A stretch of 63,842 bases of DNA, filler included, from Coriobacteriales bacterium (GTDB lineage Bacteria; Actinomycetota; Coriobacteriia; Coriobacteriales; UBA8131), in assembly GCA_031263105.1 (NCBI GenBank). It is 8 parts of 8 records of this genome, joined end to end, with 100 filler letters (N's around TTAATTAATTAA, not from the genome) between each part and the next. Parts side by side here need not be neighbours in the genome. Positions count along the whole stretch, not along the records: positions 25,663 to 34,832 come from JAISGJ010000095.1; positions 34,933 to 40,633 come from JAISGJ010000118.1; positions 40,734 to 46,009 come from JAISGJ010000104.1; 5 more parts are not named here. One strand, given 5' to 3'. Positions 30,018 to 40,973 of the stretch are shown piece after piece (the stretch's first letter is position 1; every line of letters starts with the position of its first letter). The translations under genes were made by a program, and so were the position numbers. The notes under the pieces are model-generated. The model made no database searches. It had not been told where the DNA came from and saw nothing but the letters and a program-made list of their open reading frames with translations.

Positions 30018-30159
30018 GTACTGGCCTCTCACGCAGCCTACGGAGTATTATAGACGCGACGAGAAACCATGCTCGCAGTTTTCGGACATGCATAGGCAGT
30101 CGTCTGGATAGGAGCGGTCGGCCGACGGCCTGTGCCCACGGCACCGAAGGAGGCCCTTT

Positions 30160-31686
30160 ATGGCGATCATCGAGGCATACGCGGTACCGCATCCACCGAT
30201 CCTCGTTGCCGGCGTGGGACGCGGGCAGGAGCAGGAGGCGCACTCGACCCTGGACGCCTTCGCAGCCGTGGCACGGCGCATCGCTGCACTCGAGCCGGAG
30301 CTGCTCATCGTCTCGACCTCGCACGGGCAGCTCTACCGTGACGCGCTCACGGTGAGCAGCGGAGCGGGCGCCTGGGGCGACCTCGGCGACTTCCGCTGCC
30401 CCGAGGAGCGCATCGACCTGCGCTTCGACGAGGACTTCGTCGCAGCGCTTCTCACGGATGCGGAGAGAAGCGGGCTCTCCCTCATCGCGCGTCCCGTGCC
30501 GCGCGGCGCGCTCGACCACGGCGTGACCGTCCCCTTGCACTTCGTCGGGGCCGACCTTCCCAAGGGCTGCAAGGCCGTGCGCATCGGCATCTCCTTCGAA
30601 GACGAGCGTGCCCACTACGAGATGGGACGCTGCGTCGCCCGCGTCGCCGAGGCGACGGGCAGGCGCACCGTCTATCTCGCGAGCGGCGACCTGTCGCACC
30701 GCCTGAAGTCCGACGGCCCCTATGGCTACAACCCCTCCGGACCCGCCTTCGACAAAGCGATGTGCGCCGCCTTCTCAAGCGGCGACCTCGATGCGCTGAT
30801 GCACTTCGATGCGGGATTTCGGGAGGATGCCGCCGAGTGCGGCCTCAACAGCTTCATCATCATGGCGGGCGCCCTGGGTGCGCTCGAGCACGGGCTTGCG
30901 GAGAGCGAGCTTCTGTCCTATGAGGGCCCTTGGGGCGTGGGCTACGGCATCGCGCGCTTCGTGCCCTTGCGCCGTTGCGGGGACGGCGCGGGGCGGGGCC
31001 CGGCGACGGAAGCGGGGGCGACCGAGGGGGCGGGGGCTAGGGCAGCGGGCGAGACGGACAGGGATCCGTGCCCTCCCGCAGGAGACACGACGCAGGAGCA
31101 CCGCAGCCCCTCCCTCCCCGTGCGGCTTGCGTTCGCGGCGCTCGACGACGTGTTGGCGGGACACCGCCGCCCCGGCGAGGACACGCCGACGGTCGCTGCG
31201 CTGCTGACGGAGGCGGCGGCGACAGGCGACCCGCTGCTCGCCGAGCTGCGGGGGCGGCGGGCGGGGGCGTTCGTCTCCTTCCACGTGCGCAACGTGCTCG
31301 ACCCTGATGCCGAGGGCGATCTGCGCGGCTGCATCGGCACCATCGCGGCGACCCGCACCAACCTCGTCGAGGAGATCTGCAACAACACGGTGAGCGCCGC
31401 GCAGCACGACCCGCGCTTCTCCCCTATCGGCCCACGCGAGCGCGACAGGCTCACCTGCAGCGTCGATATCCTCGGCGAGACGGAGCCCGTCGCCAACGAG
31501 GGCGAGCTCGACGTGAAGCGCTACGGCGTCATCGTGAGCAAGGGCCTGCGGCGCGGCCTGCTCCTCCCCGACCTCGAGGGCGTGGACACCCCCGCCGAGC
31601 AGGTCGCCATCGCCGCCCGCAAAGGAGACATAGCGCCGAGCGAGGACTACCGGCTCGAACGCTTCGGGGTCGTCCGGTACCGATGA
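30160..31686 (+). CDS. amrA: AmmeMemoRadiSam protein A (LigB/Memo-like + AMMECR1 fusion)
   Basis: VPHPP, LDHG, SGDLSH, ECG; LRGCIG, DPRF, GLLLP. Confidence 0.9.
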   Translation: MAIIEAYAVPHPPILVAGVGRGQEQEAHSTLDAFAAVARRIAALEPELLIVSTSHGQLYRDALTVSSGAGAWGDLGDFRCPEERIDLRFDEDFVAALLTDAERSGLSLIARPVPRGALDHGVTVPLHFVGADLPKGCKAVRIGISFEDERAHYEMGRCVARVAEATGRRTVYLASGDLSHRLKSDGPYGYNPSGPAFDKAMCAAFSSGDLDALMHFDAGFREDAAECGLNSFIIMAGALGALEHGLAESELLSYEGPWGVGYGIARFVPLRRCGDGAGRGPATEAGATEGAGARAAGETDRDPCPPAGDTTQEHRSPSLPVRLAFAALDDVLAGHRRPGEDTPTVAALLTEAAATGDPLLAELRGRRAGAFVSFHVRNVLDPDAEGDLRGCIGTIAATRTNLVEEICNNTVSAAQHDPRFSPIGPRERDRLTCSVDILGETEPVANEGELDVKRYGVIVSKGLRRGLLLPDLEGVDTPAEQVAIAARKGDIAPSEDYRLERFGVVRYR

Positions 31687-32795
31687 GCGCACAGAGGATG
31701 AGCGCACAGGGCACGCAGAACCCGCAGGTTTCGCGGGCCAGGGCGGTATCGCAAGGCGGGGCGGCTCCACCGACACCGCAAGCTCCGCAGGGCGCTCCGC
31801 CCACAGACTCAGCCCCGCAGCCCCCGCAGGCAGCCCCGACTCCCCAGCCCTCGTGCCCCCTCTGCCCGCATGCCTGTCGGCTCGCCGAGGGACAGCTCGG
31901 CATCTGTGGGGCGCGTGCAGCATGTGGGAGCTCGGTCGTCTCCCTCAACTACGGACAGACGACCGCGCTGGCGCTCGACCCCGTTGAGAAGAAGCCGCTC
32001 GCGCACTTCCATCCCGGCAGCATGGTCTTGAGCTACGGCAGCTTCGGCTGCAACCTCAGATGCCCCTTCTGCCAGAACAGCGACATCGCACAGGTCCGCC
32101 CCGAGGGCGGCAGGCTCCCCGCCCTCGTCGCGCCCGTAGGGGACGGCGTCCCCGACGTCCCGTCTCCCCGTCATGCCGCCGCCTCCGACAGCGCCGCCGC
32201 CCTCGCATCCGCCCCCGTCCCCACCACCCCCCTCACGCCCGAGCAGCTGGTCGCCCGTGCGCTCGCGCTGCGCCCACGCGGCAACGTCGGCATCGCCTAC
32301 ACCTACAACGAGCCGCTCGTCGGCTACGAGTTCGTGCTCGACACGGCGCGGCTCGCGCACGAGGCGGGCCTTGCCAACGTCCTCGTCACGAACGGCTACG
32401 TGAACGAGGCTCCCCTCAAGGCGCTCCTCGGCCACCTCGATGCGGCGAACATCGACCTCAAGGGCTTCACGCAGGGCTTCTACGACCGCGTGGGTGCGCC
32501 AAGGGGGCTTGAGACGGTCATGCGCTCCATCGAGCTTGCGGCATCGCACATCCACGTCGAGGTCACGACCCTCATCGTCCCCGGCCTCAACGACGACCCC
32601 GCAGAGATCGACGCCCTCGCGCAGTGGCTCGCCTCGGTGGATCCTCGCATCCCCCTGCACCTCACGCGCTTCCACCCCGCGTACCGGATGCCCCGCACGC
32701 CGCCCACCCCGCACGAGACCATACGCACCCTCGCCGCCGTCGCCCAGCACCACCTCCGCCGCGTGCACCCAAGCACCGGCGGGCTGCGGTGGTAG
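31683..32795 (+). CDS. amrS: AmmeMemoRadiSam radical SAM enzyme
   Basis: CPLCPHAC, DPVEKKPL, GCNLRCPFCQN, TYNEP, NIDLK. Confidence 0.93.
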   Translation: MSAQRMSAQGTQNPQVSRARAVSQGGAAPPTPQAPQGAPPTDSAPQPPQAAPTPQPSCPLCPHACRLAEGQLGICGARAACGSSVVSLNYGQTTALALDPVEKKPLAHFHPGSMVLSYGSFGCNLRCPFCQNSDIAQVRPEGGRLPALVAPVGDGVPDVPSPRHAAASDSAAALASAPVPTTPLTPEQLVARALALRPRGNVGIAYTYNEPLVGYEFVLDTARLAHEAGLANVLVTNGYVNEAPLKALLGHLDAANIDLKGFTQGFYDRVGAPRGLETVMRSIELAASHIHVEVTTLIVPGLNDDPAEIDALAQWLASVDPRIPLHLTRFHPAYRMPRTPPTPHETIRTLAAVAQHHLRRVHPSTGGLRW

Positions 32796-32884
32796 AAGAA
32801 TCGTATGCGAAGCCCCGTGGGCCATACCGCCGATGCCTCATGGAACCGACCCCTCGGGTCATCTCCTCAGATCGACCCATCAGG

Positions 32885-34234
32885 TCAGCTCTTGCGATTC
32901 GCCTCAGCCAAAGCACAGGCGAACGCTTCGACGACTCCTTGCGCCCAGGCATCGATTCGCAGGTTGAGCGCGGTTGTGACGACAGGGGCTATCTCACGAG
33001 TCCAGGCATCGAGAACGATGTCGGTCATGTTCGATGCCACGAGCAGGTTCGGGCGTTCCGAACCGGTTGATATTCCGATGGCGAAGGGCCACCATAGCGT
33101 ATCCGATATATGCGGACTCACTCTTCCGTTGAGGTCAAAGCCGGAATCAGTGTCCCCCACACCATAGCCGTCAGGCATAATCTCGGACACAGAAACATAC
33201 CTGTTGACGGCAGCCTGCACCCAAGACGGAAACGCGAAGTCCTCTACCGTTTGTCTCAGGATGGCCATGGCAGCCTCTCTGAGACGGGCCGCAGCCAAGA
33301 GGAGTTCTTGGGTCGGCTCGCTGTCCTGTGCTCCGTGCAGCTGCTCAAGGGCATCGCGGGCAGCGTTGCCGGCCGAACCCATCGATTGCTCAACCAGACC
33401 GATGGCGTCGATGACTCGCTCGGCAATGAATGCAACGAATGCCTCATGCCCTCCTTTGTCGGCTGCCTCCAGAGTATCGATATACCTGTCGCGCTGGTCT
33501 GCGAACACCACCAGCGGCACGCCGGGGGTCCGGTAAAGATACACGCTCGCCAAAGCCCTTGCCACACGGCCGTTGCCGTCTGCGAAAGGATGGATACAGA
33601 CGTAGGCATAGTGCGCGTAGGCGGCCTGTACGACTGGGTGCGCCGTAAGGAAATCCTCGCTTTGCAGCTCATCGACAAAACGGGTCATCTCCATCTGGGT
33701 GCTTTCAGGCGGAGCGTACCCATGGGGCTTCCCCGTAGTTACGTTGGTGGGGTTATTGGGAAACTGCCTGTACTCGCCATGCGGCAAGGAAGCCTGCCTC
33801 GTCTGAAGCTGGTTTTTGAGGAAAGAGTGAACGGTGTAGGTCTCTTGATGCGCGGTCAGTATCGCATGCAGTTCGCGTATCCACGCCTGCGTTACGGGGA
33901 TCGCCTTCGTTGCTGCGTCAAGTATATAGTCGTATGCAGACAGGGCATCTTCAATGGAGCGCCGCGCCTGCTCTCCTTTTGTCGCGAGAGCCTTCTCCCA
34001 GAATTCGGACTGGGTCGCAACGGTGCGGGTAAAGCCCCTGTCGGTCGTGTAAAGCCCTTCCAACGCGCCCGTGTCCACCGCAGCATAACGCGTCGCAATT
34101 TCAAGCGCCCGCTCCTGTGCGTCAGCCGTCGCAGCCGCCTTTGCTCGCTTCAGGCGCTCGGCATATCTATTTACCAGCCTAGGGTCAAAGACGGTACCCC
34201 ATTCTGCGAATGACGGAAATGGCTCATACCCCAT
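32885..34234 (-). CDS. Fic-family protein
   Basis: HPFADGNGRVAR canonical Fic motif. Confidence 0.92.
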   Translation of the reverse strand: MGYEPFPSFAEWGTVFDPRLVNRYAERLKRAKAAATADAQERALEIATRYAAVDTGALEGLYTTDRGFTRTVATQSEFWEKALATKGEQARRSIEDALSAYDYILDAATKAIPVTQAWIRELHAILTAHQETYTVHSFLKNQLQTRQASLPHGEYRQFPNNPTNVTTGKPHGYAPPESTQMEMTRFVDELQSEDFLTAHPVVQAAYAHYAYVCIHPFADGNGRVARALASVYLYRTPGVPLVVFADQRDRYIDTLEAADKGGHEAFVAFIAERVIDAIGLVEQSMGSAGNAARDALEQLHGAQDSEPTQELLLAAARLREAAMAILRQTVEDFAFPSWVQAAVNRYVSVSEIMPDGYGVGDTDSGFDLNGRVSPHISDTLWWPFAIGISTGSERPNLLVASNMTDIVLDAWTREIAPVVTTALNLRIDAWAQGVVEAFACALAEANRKS

Positions 34235-34490
34235 CGTCTCTCCTCCGGTTGGTGCGAACTGTTGTGTCCTAGTATAGCGCTTGGCCAGGTATGGCTCCCG
34301 TCAATGACTGTTGCAGTAAACGTATGGGTGCCCGGGGAAGCGCCTAACGCTACAGGAAATCGAGGCGGGGAGCGAAACATAGCCCCGATATATGCCAAGC
34401 GAATAGGGTCCTGAATACCGGAGCAGCCCGGAGTCCTCACCAGAATCCCTTTCTTTATTGCGCTCGTACAGTCCGATCCGCCAGGCTCTG

Positions 34491-34832
34491 CTACAGGGGC
34501 GCGAAGATCACCGTCTTGTTCTTGCCTTCCATGAGTTTGGCCAATTCCTCGACAGGGCCATACCGCATGCAGGCGCTTTGGCAGTTATGCACGCAGATTG
34601 GGAGTTTTCCTCTTTGCGTGCGTTCGGCACAGAGGCTGCACTGTGTGGTGGGGCAGGGAATGTAATCATACTGCCACTTGTCGGAATCCCCGATCTGCCA
34701 CGGGCCGACCTGAGCAAGTTGTCGCCTTTTCGAGGATTGAGGACTGCGGGGGCGCAAGGCGGGAAGGGCATCAAAGGGCCCTGCGGAAAACCCTCAAAAA
34801 ATCTTCAGGAACCACTTGACAAAGTTATAGGG
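34491..34832 (-). CDS. 4Fe-4S small subunit of DMSO-reductase-family oxidoreductase (C-terminal part; 5' cut or garbled at contig end)
   Basis: GPWQI..KWQY, CSLC, CVHNCQSACM. Confidence 0.75.
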
Positions 34833-35050
34833 NNNNNNNNNNNNNNNNNNNNNNNNNNNNNNNNNNNNNNNNNNNNTTAATTAATTAANNNNNNNNNNNN
34901 NNNNNNNNNNNNNNNNNNNNNNNNNNNNNNNNGTTCCTGCAAAGCTGAGTCCTGTGTTTCAGACAAGTAGTAGTATCGCACATCTAGTAGACCATGTCAA
35001 CTACTTATTTCAAAAATTTTCTGCGTGCGAAAAATTTTGGTTACTGGTCG

Positions 35051-35458
35051 GTTACTGTACACACCCCCACTGCCATCCCGGGCCCCCACTGTCATCCCGG
35101 GCCCCCACTGCCATCCCGGGCCCCCACTGTCATCCCGAGCCTGTCGAGGGATCCGCGGCCGCGCCAGCGGCCGACCGCAGGCCGAAGGGCCCCCAGACCG
35201 GCCGTTGGACACTGCGTGTCCAAGGATTCCTCGGCGGAGCTCGGAATGACAGTGGGGGTGTGACCAGCAGCAAGTTTTCTGCGCACCCCAAGCAAAATTG
35301 CCATCCCGGGCCCCCGCTGCCATCCCGGGCCCCCGCTGTCATCCCGGGCCTGTCGAGGGATCTTCGACCGCGTCAGCGGTCGACTGCACGTTGAGGAACC
35401 CGCCGACCCAAAGATCCCTCGGCAGGCTCGGGATGACAGTGGGGGTGTGACCTGTAAC
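35051..35458. mobile_element. Two adjacent MITE copies with tandem ~18-bp units
   Basis: GTTACTGTACACACCCCCAC, repeated GGGCCCCCACTGYCATCCC, ends GTGTGACCTGTAAC. Confidence 0.85.
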
Positions 35459-35480
35459 TTCTCCCCTGTGGGGCCGCACC

Positions 35481-37907
<2,427 letters not shown>

Positions 37908-37948
37908 CTACATCACAGGATTGACCTGCTCCGTGACCTGCTCCGGGT

Positions 37949-38111
37949 GTTACTGCTCACACCCCACTGTCATCCCGAGCCTGTCGAGGGATCCTCGACC
38001 GCGCCAGCGGTCGACCGCAGGTTGAAAAGCCCCCCGACCTGCGGTTGGACACTGCGTGTCCAAAGATTCCTCGGCGGAGCTCGGAATGACAGTGGGGGTG
38101 TGAACTGTAAC
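37949..38111. mobile_element. Complete MITE with 8-bp TSD CTCCGGGT, inside EFR1 gene
   Basis: CTCCGGGT at 37941-37948 and 38112-38119. Confidence 0.93.
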
Positions 38112-38888
38112 CTCCGGGTTGATCTGCTCGGGTCGGATGTTGGGATGATGGTAATGGCTGTGCAGCTTGGTCCTGGTCGCGATCGCGTTGGCTGGGCACC
38201 AATGGATGCAGGCATAGCAGGCCTCGCATTTGTCCGAGCGGATCGGGGCCGGCTGCCTGTCTGCGCCTATGACGATGTTCTTCGCCGGGCAGACCTGCGC
38301 ACAGATGCCGCATTTGGTGCACCGTTGGTCGACCCTGAACACAAGGGAGCGGCGGCGCTGGTCGGTGTAGACCTTCACGAGCCTGCCGAGCAGTTTGGAC
38401 GAACGCCGGAAGTAGTTCTCCTGGCGGTTCCCCACCGCCTCGGCAATCTCCTCGACCTGTGCCGACATGGACGTGAGCCGTCGCGCCATCGTTTGGGAGT
38501 CGGGGTCCACGATGCCGACGCTTCCCATGGTCTTGACGCCCGTGGCGTAGTTCAGCAGGCCTCCGCCCGAGGCCAGTATCGTGTCTATGTCCCAGAACTC
38601 ATTGCAGCCGAACAGCGTATAGGTCGCAACCGCGAAGTAATAGCAGTCGGGCCTTTTGGGCATCTGCTCGAGAAAGCCCCGCACCATCTCCGGCAGCGAG
38701 GCACGGTGCACGGGGAACACGAGGCCCACCTTGGCGGCCTTGCGGGCAGCGCCATAGGGGTCGTCAAGGACGAGCGTGCCGGGAATGGAGATAGGTTCGG
38801 GCGCACCCAGCCTCTGGGCGAGCTGCAATGCAACCGCAAGGGAATTGCCAGTCGCACTGAAATAATAGATCGCGCATGTGTCTCCCAT
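37950..38888 (-). CDS. EFR1-family flavodoxin-ferredoxin fusion, C-terminus replaced by MITE
   Basis: YFSATGNS, FPV, two CxxCxxCxxxCP motifs. Confidence 0.88.
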   Translation of the reverse strand: MGDTCAIYYFSATGNSLAVALQLAQRLGAPEPISIPGTLVLDDPYGAARKAAKVGLVFPVHRASLPEMVRGFLEQMPKRPDCYYFAVATYTLFGCNEFWDIDTILASGGGLLNYATGVKTMGSVGIVDPDSQTMARRLTSMSAQVEEIAEAVGNRQENYFRRSSKLLGRLVKVYTDQRRRSLVFRVDQRCTKCGICAQVCPAKNIVIGADRQPAPIRSDKCEACYACIHWCPANAIATRTKLHSHYHHPNIRPEQINPEVTVHTPTVIPSSAEESLDTQCPTAGRGAFQPAVDRWRGRGSLDRLGMTVGCEQ

Positions 38889-38977
38889 AGGCAAAAGATA
38901 CCACGCGCGTGCGCCTTTGTGCCCGAAGCGGAAGCCCCCGATTGCGCCTGCGACCAGATACGGCGGCTAACGGCAGG

Positions 38978-40633
38978 CTACCTCACCTTCTTCCAGTGCG
39001 CGTAGTAGGTGACGGACTTGGCCACCTTCGTGTTGGCGGAGACCTTCTTGCCCTTGGATGCGGCCTTGGCGGTGTACCAGCCGAGGAACTTGTAGCCGGT
39101 GCGCTTGGGCACCGAGAGCTTGCCGAGCTTGGAGCCGTAGGACTTCTTGGCAGAGGTGACGGACGCCTTGCCCACCTTGCCGCCGTTGGCGTTGAACTTG
39201 ACGGTGTAGGCGTTGGCCTTCCATTGCGCGTAGTAGGTGATGCCGCCCGAGACCGGCGTGGCGGCGGTGGCCTTCGTGCCCTTGGCCTTGGCGGTGAACC
39301 AGCCCTGGAAGGAGTGGCCCGTGCGGGAGGCGGCAGGGAGGGCGCCGAGCTTGGAGCCGTGGGCCCTCGCGACGGAGGCGAAGGAGGCCTTGCCGCCATT
39401 GGCGTTGAAGGCAATCGTGTAGATGACGGGGTTCTGCTCCTTGGCGGCATCCTTCCGGTACTGCGCGGTGACCGTGAGGGCCGAGGTCACGTTCGTGAAG
39501 GCCCTGTCCCAGCTTACAAAGGTGTAGCCGACGGGCGGGGCGGGCGGGGGCGCCGTCGCGGCGGAGCCATGGTTGACCTTCGGGGCGGAGAGCACCGCGC
39601 CGTTCCAGCCCTTGAAGGTGACGGTGTAGGTCTTAATCTGGTACTGCGCGGTGACCGTGAGGGCCGAGGTCACGTTCGTGAAGGCCTTGTCCCATCTTAC
39701 GAAGCTGTAGCCGACGGGCGGGGCGGGAGCGGGTTCCGTCGCAGCCTTGCCGTGGGCGACCCTCTGCTCGGCGAGCACCGTGTCGTTCCATCCCCTGAAA
39801 ATGACGGTGTAGAACGTCACGGGGCTCACCTTCTGCGGGTTGACGCTGCCCTGCCCAAAATAGCCGATGAGCTCTTGGAGCTTGTCGAAGTCGGAGATGT
39901 TGTTGTAGCTGCAGTCGAAGCCCCAACTCTGGTTGGGGTTGGTGAGCATCGTGTTGCTGCTCACGTCCAAGGTGGTGAGTTCGTTGTCGGAGCAGAACAG
40001 GCTGCGCAGCTTGGTGAGTCCGGCGATGGCCAGCGTGGTGAGCTTGTTGTTGGAGCAGTTCAGGTTCACCAACTTGGTGAGGCTGCTCACACCCAGCGTG
40101 GTGAGCTTGTTGTTGGAGCAGGACAGGCTCTCCAACTTGGCGAGGCTGCTTACGTCCAGCGTGGAGAGGCTGTTGTAGGAGCAGTCCAGGAAGGTCAAGT
40201 CGGCGAGGTTGCTCACGTTCAGCGTACCGAGTTCGTTGCTGGAGCATTCCAGGCGGGCCAAGACGGTGAGGGTACTTAGATTCAACGCAGTGAGGTTGTT
40301 GCCGTAGCAGGTGAGGCGGGTCAGCTTGGTGTTGGCACTCACATCCAGCGTGCTGAGGCCGCCGTACGAGCAGTCCAAGGCCTCCAATTCGGTGCAGGCA
40401 CCCATGCCCTGCACGCTGATGCCGGGGTTGTTGGCATAATCCAAATATTTCAGGCTGCTGCTGCATGCCGTCACGCTCAACGCGGTCAGACCTTTGCCCC
40501 ACAGACTGACAGAGACCACAGGCGCGCTCTGGTCACCGAGGGTCCGAGGGACGGTGACCGTGCCGTCGTTGCCCTCATAGTCGGTGACGTAGGCGCCGTC
40601 CCCGTACTCCGCCGCATCGCCGCTCCGAATCTC
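38978..40633 (-). CDS. Surface protein with leucine-rich repeats and InlB B-repeats (5' cut by contig end)
   Basis: LxxLxCxxNxLxxLxV repeats; duplicated 60-aa module; two FNANGG..GWxT..YYAxW repeats; frame open to 40633. Confidence 0.88.
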   Translation of the reverse strand, partial: EIRSGDAAEYGDGAYVTDYEGNDGTVTVPRTLGDQSAPVVSVSLWGKGLTALSVTACSSSLKYLDYANNPGISVQGMGACTELEALDCSYGGLSTLDVSANTKLTRLTCYGNNLTALNLSTLTVLARLECSSNELGTLNVSNLADLTFLDCSYNSLSTLDVSSLAKLESLSCSNNKLTTLGVSSLTKLVNLNCSNNKLTTLAIAGLTKLRSLFCSDNELTTLDVSSNTMLTNPNQSWGFDCSYNNISDFDKLQELIGYFGQGSVNPQKVSPVTFYTVIFRGWNDTVLAEQRVAHGKAATEPAPAPPVGYSFVRWDKAFTNVTSALTVTAQYQIKTYTVTFKGWNGAVLSAPKVNHGSAATAPPPAPPVGYTFVSWDRAFTNVTSALTVTAQYRKDAAKEQNPVIYTIAFNANGGKASFASVARAHGSKLGALPAASRTGHSFQGWFTAKAKGTKATAATPVSGGITYYAQWKANAYTVKFNANGGKVGKASVTSAKKSYGSKLGKLSVPKRTGYKFLGWYTAKAASKGKKVSANTKVAKSVTYYAHWKKVR

Positions 40634-40973
40634 NNNNNNNNNNNNNNNNNNNNNNNNNNNNNNNNNNNNNNNNNNNNTTAATTAATTAANNNNNNNNNNN
40701 NNNNNNNNNNNNNNNNNNNNNNNNNNNNNNNNNGGGCCGGGGCGGCAGCGGGGGGCCGGGGCGGCGGCGGGGTGTGAGTAACAAGGGGACGGAGGGGGGC
40801 TGCGCGACACGGAGCCGATACCTGGCTGTCGGCCCTCTATGGGGGCGGTTGTGTCATACTGTCTTCTGGGGAGTGCCGAAGGCATATTTGAGAGACCCCC
40901 GCACCGACCAGCACCGACCAGCACCGACCCGAACCACCCGACCGCCCTGGACCGACACAAGGAGAAGGCAGTT

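Noticed and set aside
34171..34440. 89-aa ORF between fic and the 4Fe-4S gene
   Set aside because: Overlaps the fic start and its likely promoter; no recognisable motif.
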